A stretch of DNA of 20,826 nt. Origin: an uncultured archaeon. GTDB lineage: Archaea; Asgardarchaeota; Thorarchaeia; Thorarchaeales; Thorarchaeaceae. A program made the translations under genes and the position numbers. Position 1 is the stretch's first letter, and every line of letters starts with the position of its first letter. The DNA lies in the NCBI GenBank assembly GCA_964631415.1, contig CAZVZC010000037.1, positions 1 through 20,826 on the forward strand, in the 5' to 3' direction. The notes under the pieces were generated by a model. The model saw only the letters and a program-made list of their open reading frames with translations, was not told where the DNA came from and did not search any database. Shown in pieces: positions 6,598-15,407 of the stretch.

Positions 6598-7950
6598 ATG
6601 AGGGGACTAGGCAGTAGGTTACAGGAGAAGTGCATTTGTATAGGGACTGATTTTGATCAGAGCAGCGCCAAGTACGTGATCAGGGCAAAGATTGAGATTG
6701 ACGGAGTCGTTGACAAGCCAGACGTTGTAGGGGCCATATTTGGGCAGACAGAGGGACTCTTGGGAGAGGAATTGGACCTTCGTGAGCTTCAGCGCACGGG
6801 ACGTATAGGAAGGATTCAGATAGCAGTCAAGTCTGAGGCAGGAAGTAGCAAGGGAGAGATAGTGATCCCTGTTTCTCTCAACAAGACTGCCACAGCAATA
6901 CTAGCCGCCGCGCTTGAAACCGTGGACAGAGTGGGGCCGTGTACAGCAAAGGTCACACTCGAGAAGCTGGAAGACATACGTGGCGCAAAGCGTCGCAGAG
7001 TCGTCAGCAGGGCCATAAGTATCCTGAAGGGCTGGGAGGAGGAGATTGCTCCAGGTTCAGAGGAAATCACTGGTGAAGTCACAAGGGCCAAGAAGAAGGC
7101 TGTTGAGAAGTTTGGCCCGGACAATCTTCCCGCAGGTCCTGAGCTGGAGAACAGCGATGAGATAATCATTGTCGAAGGACGAGCTGATGTCATCAACCTC
7201 ATGAAGAGTGGCATTGAGAACACTGTTGCTGTAGAGGGCACGCATGTCCCGAAGTCGGTAGCGGAACTCACGAGGCGGAAAGGGAAGACTATCGTGGCCT
7301 TCCTTGACGGAGACCGTGGTGGTGACCTTATCCTGAGAGAACTGATGCAGGTGGCCAAGATAGACTATATCGCACGTGCACCAGAAGGAAAGGAAGTAGA
7401 GAACCTAGCACGTCCGGAGATTGTGAAGGCTCTTCAGACTAGGATACCTGCAGAGAAAGCGCTCGCGCTCGTGACCGAGGGAAAATCCGCTCAGGCCCCT
7501 AGACGGGGACCACCGCGGAGAATCACCCGACCAAGCAGAGAGGAAATGCCGAGAACTGGCGAAGACCGTCATGTGGAAGCGGGAGTCGGAGTGCCACTCA
7601 CAAGCTCAGTGAGAGCACCAGCTAGGCCTGTTAGGACCATCCATAAGACAGTACCTCAGGTCGATGAAACATACCTGGCAAAGATACCCGAGATCAGGGA
7701 GTCCTTCAAAGCTGTGCTCTTTGGCAAGGACAAGCAGGTCCTAGTGGAGTGCGGCGTTGCAGAGCTTGCAAAGACTCTTGAAACTCAGCAGACCGTTGAC
7801 ACGATAGTCTTTGATGGGGTCATCACTCAGCGCCTTGTCGACATGGCCGCTACGAAGCAGACCCGGCTCATAGTCGGAGCTGCTGTTGCAGACATCGAGA
7901 CCAAGCCAGCAAGCCTGCAGATTGTCACGTTTGATGATCTTGGACGCTGA
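6598..7950 (+). CDS. dnaG: Archaeal DnaG (TOPRIM protein, exosome-associated)
   Basis: GVVDKPDVVGAIFGQTEGLLG, LRELQRTGRIGRI, TOPRIM IVEGRADV and FLDGDRGG, C-terminal FDGVITQRLVD. Start codon uncertain. Confidence 0.95.
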   Translation: MRGLGSRLQEKCICIGTDFDQSSAKYVIRAKIEIDGVVDKPDVVGAIFGQTEGLLGEELDLRELQRTGRIGRIQIAVKSEAGSSKGEIVIPVSLNKTATAILAAALETVDRVGPCTAKVTLEKLEDIRGAKRRRVVSRAISILKGWEEEIAPGSEEITGEVTRAKKKAVEKFGPDNLPAGPELENSDEIIIVEGRADVINLMKSGIENTVAVEGTHVPKSVAELTRRKGKTIVAFLDGDRGGDLILRELMQVAKIDYIARAPEGKEVENLARPEIVKALQTRIPAEKALALVTEGKSAQAPRRGPPRRITRPSREEMPRTGEDRHVEAGVGVPLTSSVRAPARPVRTIHKTVPQVDETYLAKIPEIRESFKAVLFGKDKQVLVECGVAELAKTLETQQTVDTIVFDGVITQRLVDMAATKQTRLIVGAAVADIETKPASLQIVTFDDLGR

Positions 7951-7970
7951 AGATATATCTCTGCCATCCA

Positions 7971-9509
7971 ATGGCCAAACAACAAGGAAACCGGAAGCCG
8001 TCAGTATTACACGGTGTTATCTCGTTCGAGCAGGAAGGCACCACAGCGAGAGGTGCGAGGCCGTCTGGCGTGACTTCTGTCTTAGACTCCATCGAAACGA
8101 CAGCGGAGATACCCATCCCCAGAGATCCATTTGAACGCATAATCGGCCAAGAACATGCTGTTTCCCTCATTCGTTCCGCTGTCACTCAGAGGAGACACAT
8201 TCTCCTGTGTGGAGTGCCAGGCGTGGGAAAGTCAATGCTTGCACAGGCAGCCTACACGCTTCTCTCAGCTCCCAGAGAGGAGATACGGCTCAGGCCCAAT
8301 CCCCTGCAGCCTGACAGACCATGTGTCGTCGTAATCAAGGCTGACTGTGCCAGTATGGGTTCTGCAGAGCCAAGCCAGTCTGCCGACACCCGGTACGTTC
8401 GCCCGGAGGAGATGCCCTTTGAAACTGCAGTGAAGATGGGATACAGATGCCCAAGATGTGGGAGCTTCTCGACACCAAGCCAAAGTGTGTGTATGGACTG
8501 TGGTAGCCCCAAACGATGCGAGTGGCCGGCCGAGAACTCGTATCATGGGCTGTTTCGGATTCTGGATGTCGTGGGTGAACGCGCTCTCACGTCCGTGAAG
8601 TGCAGTGAAAACATTGGTGACACCGTATGCCAAGTAGAATACCGAAGAACCAACAGGGACTCTATAATGGTTCTCAGGGAGAGAGATGGGGGCAATCCAT
8701 CAGTAGTGGCAACTGATGACAAGAGAGACTACGTCCTAGTCGGACGAAACTCATCTCGCTTTGTCAGAGCGAGCGGGACAAGTCCGGTGGAACTGTTGGG
8801 GGATGTCAAGCATGACCCTTACGGTAGCGCAGAGTCTTTGGGTGTGCCTGCACATATGAGAGTTGTACCTGGAGCCATTCATGAAGCGCATGAGGGTATC
8901 CTCTACCTTGACGAGATTGCGTCTCTTGGACCATATCAGAAGCACCTACTCACGGCCATGCAGGAGAAGAAGTACTCCATATCAGGACATAACCCACAGA
9001 GCTCCGGTGCGGCAGTGCGAGTTGACGATGTGCCCTGTGACTTCCTCCTCTTTGCCTCATGCAACCCGGAGGACCTCCCTCAGATCCTCCCAGCGCTTCG
9101 TTCACGGATTAGGGGCTATGGTTACGAAGTGATGCTCTCCTCATGTACCCCCAAGACCGCAGAAAACGTCGACAGGATGGTTCGCTTCATTGCGCAGACT
9201 GTACAGGAAGACGGTCGGATACCGCACCTGACCACCGAGTCAGTACAATCGGTCCTGAAGGTCTCTGAAGACATGGCCTACAGACTAGACGGGCAGAAGG
9301 AGGCCCTGACACTGAGGCTGCGAGAACTGGGAGGACTGGTAAGGGTGGCCGGAGACCTTGCAGTCCGGGACAGAGCCGAACTCATCATGCCTGCGCACGT
9401 TCATGAGGCAGAAGGCCTGCTTGCAGGGGTCGACACCAGCGGTACAGGGACCACTAGGCCGGGGAGCCCCACAATGCCCACCAGTGAATACACAAGCTAT
9501 TTCTTCTGA
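7971..9509 (+). CDS. LonB-type AAA+ ATPase (COG1067-like) lacking the protease domain, with a Cys4 insertion
   Basis: IIGQEHA, Walker A GVPGVGKS, LLGDVKHDPY, PGAIHEAHEG, Walker B LYLDE, ALRSRIRGYG, LRLRELGGLVR. ORF ends shortly afterwards with no Ser-Lys peptidase domain. Alternative start GTG 8070. Confidence 0.88.
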   Translation: MAKQQGNRKPSVLHGVISFEQEGTTARGARPSGVTSVLDSIETTAEIPIPRDPFERIIGQEHAVSLIRSAVTQRRHILLCGVPGVGKSMLAQAAYTLLSAPREEIRLRPNPLQPDRPCVVVIKADCASMGSAEPSQSADTRYVRPEEMPFETAVKMGYRCPRCGSFSTPSQSVCMDCGSPKRCEWPAENSYHGLFRILDVVGERALTSVKCSENIGDTVCQVEYRRTNRDSIMVLRERDGGNPSVVATDDKRDYVLVGRNSSRFVRASGTSPVELLGDVKHDPYGSAESLGVPAHMRVVPGAIHEAHEGILYLDEIASLGPYQKHLLTAMQEKKYSISGHNPQSSGAAVRVDDVPCDFLLFASCNPEDLPQILPALRSRIRGYGYEVMLSSCTPKTAENVDRMVRFIAQTVQEDGRIPHLTTESVQSVLKVSEDMAYRLDGQKEALTLRLRELGGLVRVAGDLAVRDRAELIMPAHVHEAEGLLAGVDTSGTGTTRPGSPTMPTSEYTSYFF

Positions 9510-9524
9510 AACAAGACCCTGACG

Positions 9525-10628
9525 TTGGATGCCAAGTTGAAGGTACTGAAGAGGATCTTGAAGGAGGGCAAGATCGAGTTAAAGGTCGAGTCACTGGATG
9601 ACCTCTGGCATCTCTACAACATAGTAGGTCCAAACGATGTCATCATCTCGCGGACTATCAGACGCGTGAAAGTCGGCGATGAAGACGACAGGAAGCAGGA
9701 GAGCATCCGGAAACCCATGACGCTGGTCCTAAGGGTGGAGGACGCTGCATTTCACACTTTTACGAACAGGGTCAGAATAAAGGGGACAATCCTTGATGGC
9801 CCCGGTGATCTTGTGAGCATAGGTTCGCATCACACGTTCAACATCGAGATGGGTGACACTCTGACCATCATAAAGGAGCATTGGCCCGACTATCTACTGA
9901 AACGAATTGATGAGGCAGAGAAGAAACAGGCCAATCCGGTCTGCCTTATCGTGAGCATCGAGGACGGTGCAGCCGACCTCATACTCGTTGCAGACTATGG
10001 GATCCGAGAAGCGGTGAGTGTCCATACCAGCATATCACGCAAACGCGGCGACCAGAAGTCCTATGATGCTACCATGAAAGAATTCTTCTCCGAGGTTGCC
10101 ACTGCTCTTCAGTCCCAACTTGAACAGAACCAAATTGGTCTTGTGATTGTTGCAGGCCCAGGGTTTGTCAAGGACCATTTCAAGGAGCACATCTCCACAG
10201 TCCGTATGAAGGACCTTCCACCATTAGTGTTGGAGGCTACGAACTCGATTGGTATACCAGCGGCAAAGGAGATCCTGTACAAGGGAGTCATCTCCACGGT
10301 GATGGCAGAGCTGAAGATTGAAACCGAAACAAGGCTGGTTGAGGACTTGATTGCCCACTTGGCAAAGGGTGATGGGCTAGCAGCCTATGGCGAAGCAGAA
10401 GTTGCACGAGCAGCACAGTATGGTGCCATTGAGAGTCTTCTCATAACCGACAAGAGACTAAGAGAGGGAACGGAACAGCAGCGTCGCTGGACAGACGATC
10501 TAATACATGACTCCGAGAAGACTCGTGCAGTATTCCACATTGTTTCGACAGATCACCCGGCTGGTGACCAGCTGCAGCACCTAGGAGGAATAGCGGCGAT
10601 TCTGCGATTCGCGATTGAGCGGTCATAG
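9525..10628 (+). CDS. pelA: Pelota/Dom34 ribosome rescue and mRNA surveillance factor
   Basis: ESLDDLWHLYNIV, GSHHTFNI, AGPGF, AAYGEAEV, GDQLQHLGGIAAILRF. Start TTG 9525 or 9537. Confidence 0.95.
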   Translation: MDAKLKVLKRILKEGKIELKVESLDDLWHLYNIVGPNDVIISRTIRRVKVGDEDDRKQESIRKPMTLVLRVEDAAFHTFTNRVRIKGTILDGPGDLVSIGSHHTFNIEMGDTLTIIKEHWPDYLLKRIDEAEKKQANPVCLIVSIEDGAADLILVADYGIREAVSVHTSISRKRGDQKSYDATMKEFFSEVATALQSQLEQNQIGLVIVAGPGFVKDHFKEHISTVRMKDLPPLVLEATNSIGIPAAKEILYKGVISTVMAELKIETETRLVEDLIAHLAKGDGLAAYGEAEVARAAQYGAIESLLITDKRLREGTEQQRRWTDDLIHDSEKTRAVFHIVSTDHPAGDQLQHLGGIAAILRFAIERS

Positions 10629-11738
10629 TGGTTCGAAGAGTGTCTGCAGTCTGTCCCATGATGGGTACTCGGAGGCAATTCCCATCTCGACCTTGTAGAT
10701 GCCCCTGAGCTTCCGACCGAGGCTGTGCGCAATCTCCTGTAGAATCCACGGAGCAAGCTCAATCCGCATCCTAGACTTGTCTATGTTCATCAGCCTCGGT
10801 GGCACATCGAACTCTGATCTCAGAGTCTGTCCGATGGACTCAAGCGCAGGGACGTCTAAGCGATGGCCGTGGGGCCCTCTTATGATACCCAAGATAAGCA
10901 GGGGGTCTGTATCATCTTCCTCCTCGAAGGGGCGTCGGGTGCGCTTCAACCTTCTGTGAAGACGATTGCGTAACTGCACTCCGTCCTTGAAACTTGCAGT
11001 GCAGTAGTGGACTGATAGATGGTCTAGATTCTTTGTAGCCCACACCATCACTTCCCGTGCTGTGTCTTCGCTGCCCATGACACTCGATCCAGCCATGTTT
11101 GTCAGTCGCATGCCCAGAGCCACCAACCGCTGGAAGTTGGTTTCACTGGCCTCCAGCTCATTGAGATTGAGAAAACGCACACCAGCATGTTCGGCACGTT
11201 CTGCCAACGCCTTCAGCTGCTCTGAGGAGCCTGGAATGACAGGGACCTCTATGCCCACATGTATCTCGCTCCGTACCGCCCGCTCAATACCCGTCCAGTC
11301 CTGTGTCTGAGGATGAAACCTGATCTCATCCAAGCCGGCCTCTTTCAGCCGCCGCAAGACTCTGGCGCTCAGATCTGTCCTGCTCGTGTACAGATGGATG
11401 TGGAAGTCGTTTCCACGTGCAGACTTGAGTAGCGAGATGTAGTGGAGTGTTCGCTCAAGCTGACAGAGCGGGTCGCCCCCGCTGAAACCAGACCCTTCTG
11501 CACGAATGGCTTCGACTTCACGGAGGACATCCTCATCACTGGTCACAGGCACCTCGTCAGCGAATGTCACGTCCTTACCCGTCTTCTCCTGAGATATTGG
11601 ACAGTAGTAACATGAGCTGTCGCACAGGCCAGTGACGAAGAGAACCATCTTCGAACCTCTTCCGCACAACCTGCACCCCAGAGGCAGTTCTCCTATGCAA
11701 GAGGATCCTGCTTGACCCTCCCTTATCTGTCGGACCAT
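10623..11738 (-). CDS. Radical SAM protein (COG2108-like, uncharacterised archaeal family)
   Basis: GCRLC..GSKMVLFVTGLCDSSCYYCP (CX3CX2C), SGGDP, FHIHLYT, LDEIRFHP, NLNELE. Start ATG 11738 or GTG 11759. Confidence 0.88.
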   Translation of the reverse strand: MVRQIREGQAGSSCIGELPLGCRLCGRGSKMVLFVTGLCDSSCYYCPISQEKTGKDVTFADEVPVTSDEDVLREVEAIRAEGSGFSGGDPLCQLERTLHYISLLKSARGNDFHIHLYTSRTDLSARVLRRLKEAGLDEIRFHPQTQDWTGIERAVRSEIHVGIEVPVIPGSSEQLKALAERAEHAGVRFLNLNELEASETNFQRLVALGMRLTNMAGSSVMGSEDTAREVMVWATKNLDHLSVHYCTASFKDGVQLRNRLHRRLKRTRRPFEEEDDTDPLLILGIIRGPHGHRLDVPALESIGQTLRSEFDVPPRLMNIDKSRMRIELAPWILQEIAHSLGRKLRGIYKVEMGIASEYPSWDRLQTLFEPL

Positions 11739-11748
11739 GGCCAGTCCC

Positions 11749-12450
11749 CTATTTCTCACGCCTTAGGACGGTCCTGCGAAGGGCCGGGTCCGTGTCACGT
11801 AGCGTTTTTGCCACCTCTTCGAAGCTCTCTGTCTGGCTGAGGACATGTGTCCGATATATGCCAGTGCGTCCAATGCTGTCCCTCCTCATCAAGACACGGA
11901 CACGTTCTTGGGCAATGCCGATGCCCACTCCGAGTCTCTTGGCCACCTCGCTCTCATGACCGACCACACCGCTCTCGATGTGACCAGCGGCAGTTGGCTC
12001 AATCAGGAGGAGCCGCTTGTCGACGCCGTGGACTCTCACGCCATTCTGAATCTCCTCAACGCCGACCTGACCGCCCCACTTGTAGAACTCGAGTTCTCGT
12101 GGTCTCATCTTGAAGAGGGGGAAGCTGACGCAGGTGTCGTTCTCAAGGTAGATGTGAGCCTTTAGTACCATCGATGGTGTGGCTTGAGCGAGTTCCCTTC
12201 TAACCACTCCCGTCAAGGCCACTTCGACCTTGTAGCTTGATATTGTGTATGGCACAACTATGTCCACGTCTGAGTTTCTGGTCACATCGCCACGAGCCAC
12301 AGATCCATATACAAACGACCGCACTCCCGCAGACTCCAGCGCTTCCATTATCAGTAGTGCTCGTGACCTAAGCCCTTCAAGCAGAGTCCAATGGTCTTTG
12401 TCATACTCTACAGACCTCTGTTCGTGAAGAATCTCGGGCTTCTTGGCCAC
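11749..12450 (-). CDS. Pol-beta superfamily nucleotidyltransferase (COG2413-like)
   Basis: YGSVARGDV..SDVDI catalytic motif, ELEFYKWGG, GVDKRLLLIEPT, GRTGIY. Confidence 0.85.
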   Translation of the reverse strand: MAKKPEILHEQRSVEYDKDHWTLLEGLRSRALLIMEALESAGVRSFVYGSVARGDVTRNSDVDIVVPYTISSYKVEVALTGVVRRELAQATPSMVLKAHIYLENDTCVSFPLFKMRPRELEFYKWGGQVGVEEIQNGVRVHGVDKRLLLIEPTAAGHIESGVVGHESEVAKRLGVGIGIAQERVRVLMRRDSIGRTGIYRTHVLSQTESFEEVAKTLRDTDPALRRTVLRREK

Positions 12451-12453
12451 TGT

Positions 12454-13386
12454 CTACCACGCCCCAATCTCCTCAAGTAGAGCACAGACCTTGCACAGAC
12501 GAGAGGAGGTTGGCTCGCCACACTTCTCACACGCCCGGACCTCTTTCGTGACACTACCTCTATCTAGTATCTCTGCTATTGTCTCTCCAGATCGAAGTAT
12601 CGCTAGCAGCGTTCCCGGCCGCTTGTACTCCATCTCGTTCAGGAAAGTCCTGAGATCGTTGCGTAGAGCCTCACCTGCGTATGGACATGGAATGTCATGG
12701 TATGGCAGTCCCATGTGATAGGCATAGGCAACGGTGTCTCTTGTAGTGAGCTCACTGAGCGGCTTTACACGAGGAACCAGCCCCTTGATAGGAGGGTCTC
12801 TTGGACGATTCGTACGGGTCATCCTGTGGCTGTCGCCGCGGATCATATTCATGAGTATTGTCTGAGCCTCGTCATCCATGTTGTGCCCCGTGGCTACCAC
12901 ATCTGCGCCCAATTCCAGTGCGGCCGTGTTGAGAGCACGTCGTCTTAGCACACCGCAGAACGAACACGCCCCAATCGAGCCTGCAGGCCGAGCCCTTACA
13001 ATATCGTCCAGAGTCCGACCGAACAACTCCTTGAAAGACCGGACTTGGAGCTCCAGTCCCAGTGACGAAGCGAGCTGACGTGCAGCAGTGAGTCCCTTGT
13101 CCCTGTAACCTTCTATACCCTCATCGATCGTCACCGGGACTATCTGAGCCTCTGGGAAGTCGGCTTCAATTCGGGCAAGCGTGTGTAGGAGGGTGGCGCT
13201 GTCCTTGCCACCAGAGATTCCAACAAGAATCCTGTCGTCATCTTGGAGCATCTTGTGCTTGTTGATCGTGCGACGCACCCGTTCCTCGGTGGTCTTGGCC
13301 AAGCATGACTTGCAGAGAGACTCGGAAGTGTGCCGGCGTAGATACGCCGCAGGCTGGCCACACTTCGAACACTCTGAATGCATCAT
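12454..13386 (-). CDS. ttuA: tRNA 2-thiolation protein TtuA/Ncs6 family
   Basis: PP-loop SGGKDS, CSFCGVLRR, ATGHNMDDEAQT, CPYA, N- and C-terminal Zn fingers. Confidence 0.9.
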   Translation of the reverse strand: MMHSECSKCGQPAAYLRRHTSESLCKSCLAKTTEERVRRTINKHKMLQDDDRILVGISGGKDSATLLHTLARIEADFPEAQIVPVTIDEGIEGYRDKGLTAARQLASSLGLELQVRSFKELFGRTLDDIVRARPAGSIGACSFCGVLRRRALNTAALELGADVVATGHNMDDEAQTILMNMIRGDSHRMTRTNRPRDPPIKGLVPRVKPLSELTTRDTVAYAYHMGLPYHDIPCPYAGEALRNDLRTFLNEMEYKRPGTLLAILRSGETIAEILDRGSVTKEVRACEKCGEPTSSRLCKVCALLEEIGAW

Positions 13387-13502
13387 GACCGTTTCGTGCG
13401 CCTCCAGAGTCGAAACCAGTTAAGATTACTTATCCAGCGTTATCATAAGACCAGAGCCAAAAGAGCGTGTTTGTCCTCTGACTTCGGTGCCCACGCATAG
13501 TC

Positions 13503-14678
13503 CTAGAACAGGCCCTTGCCGAACCATAGTGAGAGGACTATGCTTAGGACTATGATGGACAATGCCAGTATCCTCACAGGCCACATGATACGCCGGACTG
13601 TCTTCTCATTCTTGATCTTCAGGCTAAGAGCATTTGAGAGTAGCTTGTCACCGTCCAAGGCAGGTATTGGCAGCAGGTTGAACAATGCAAGAGAGAAGAG
13701 GATGATGAAAGACCACACGAGAATCTGTTGACTGTGGAACACATACATAGAGCCCCCCGGAATCCATTCCCAGCCAGGTCTGGGCTCCCAGTAGTCCGCC
13801 CCGTATATTCCTATGTACCCTTTTGATGCATTGGACTGACTCGCACCCAGAGTAATCGTGAAGTTGCCGCGGAGTGTTTCTATTGTGAGGTTAGAGCCAG
13901 CAAGAGTCTGATTCATGAATACGCTCACGTCTGCCCATCTGTCAATACTCGTTTCATTCAGCCCCACAATCACATCGCCTATCTGCAAAGCCCCTGCAGC
14001 AGGAGTCCCGGGTACAGTGTCATAGACATAGGCGCCGCTCGGGGGATTGAACCCTATGGACGTCAGCGAGGAGAAGTTCGCTAAGAGTATCATGACTATG
14101 AACGCGAATATCAGGTTCGAATAAGAGCCCGCCGCAAGAAGACGCATACGGTCTTTGGGGCTAGCCTGCTTCTCAAAGACCTCGTCGTCTGGTTCGACGA
14201 AACCGCCAAAGAGAACGAGGAGAAAGAGCAGACCTGAGCTCTTGATTGGGATGTTGTCCTTGGCGGACGCAAGACCGTGAGCAAACTCGTGAGTGATCAG
14301 GGCGAAAGCCAGTCCAATCATCAAATAGACCAGTGGAAGGCCCGTGACGGTCACACCCGGTATGATTGGGACAACGCCACCGGCACCCTGCGCATTTGGT
14401 GTTGTGAAGAACTTGAGCAGGTTGTCGCCAAACATCCAGAATCCAAACCCCATGCCTATGAACGCGACGATCACACCGAGATTGAAGAAGGCGCGAGGAA
14501 TCCGCTTGCCTAGTCGGGTCAATAATGCATTGAGCCGCTGTGTCTTGATCATTATGAGGAAGGGTGTTCCTGCCTCGATGCCCCTCGCTTTCAGTCTGTC
14601 CACACCCACGACCTGTGCGACAATGTAGACTAAGAGATAGATGGATGCGAGCAGGAGTATAACAGACAGAGTGTCCAT
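13503..14678 (-). CDS. Site-2 protease (M50 family) with PDZ domain
   Basis: HEFAH, GGFVEPD, AAGSYSN, PDZ-like TPAAGALQIGDVIVGLN, NLLPIPALDG; several TM helices. Confidence 0.93.
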   Translation of the reverse strand: MDTLSVILLLASIYLLVYIVAQVVGVDRLKARGIEAGTPFLIMIKTQRLNALLTRLGKRIPRAFFNLGVIVAFIGMGFGFWMFGDNLLKFFTTPNAQGAGGVVPIIPGVTVTGLPLVYLMIGLAFALITHEFAHGLASAKDNIPIKSSGLLFLLVLFGGFVEPDDEVFEKQASPKDRMRLLAAGSYSNLIFAFIVMILLANFSSLTSIGFNPPSGAYVYDTVPGTPAAGALQIGDVIVGLNETSIDRWADVSVFMNQTLAGSNLTIETLRGNFTITLGASQSNASKGYIGIYGADYWEPRPGWEWIPGGSMYVFHSQQILVWSFIILFSLALFNLLPIPALDGDKLLSNALSLKIKNEKTVRRIMWPVRILALSIIVLSIVLSLWFGKGLF

Positions 14679-14879
14679 AGAGAGTCACAGTCCGCCAGAA
14701 ACTACTGTGGCAGGCGGAGATTCGGTGCCCATTATAACGATTATGCAGCATCCCTTGGTACACAACCTGCAGGTTGCAGCTCGCAGGTGCTCAACCAGAC
14801 CAAAACCCTCATAAACTGCACAAGTTTGGCATGCGCTGGTGCCCGTCGATGGGGGCAGCCGCACAAGCCTAGGTAGGCG

Positions 14880-15272
14880 ATGATACGATTGCCGTTCAAG
14901 CTAGTGATTTCAGATCCCGAAACAGGGAAGGCAATCCAGTACGAACTGGATGAGGCAAAGACCAACTACCTCGTTGGCAAACACACAGGTGAGGTTGTAG
15001 AGGGCGATGCGCTCGGCCTGCCAGGCTACAAGCTGAAGATAACAGGTGGCAGTGATTCGTCCGGCTTTCCCATACGCCCTGATGTACATGGCAGCGGCAG
15101 GAAGAAGGTCCTAGTACATGGACCACCCGGATTCAGACCTACGAAACAGGCTCTATCCAGACGCAAGACGGTTCGGGGGAGAGACCTCAGTACTGCAATC
15201 TCTCAGGTGAACGTCCGAATCGAGCAGAAGGGTAGCAAGCCCTTGGAAGAGCTCGTGATGAAGACCGCATAG
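14880..15272 (+). CDS. rps6e: Ribosomal protein eS6
   Basis: FKLVISDP, YKLKITGGSDSSGFP, RRKTVRG, QVNV. Start ATG 14880 or TTG 14889. Confidence 0.95.
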   Translation: MIRLPFKLVISDPETGKAIQYELDEAKTNYLVGKHTGEVVEGDALGLPGYKLKITGGSDSSGFPIRPDVHGSGRKKVLVHGPPGFRPTKQALSRRKTVRGRDLSTAISQVNVRIEQKGSKPLEELVMKTA

Positions 15273-15407
15273 TCGCATCACATATGCACGCCCAGACGCA
15301 GTTTCAGTCCTTTGTCCACCAGCAGTTCGTATGCAGAACCATAGACTTCATATTCGGAGTGAATGCTGCTGGCGTAGCAAAAAGGCGCAGTCGGAAGTGA
15401 AGAGCAG

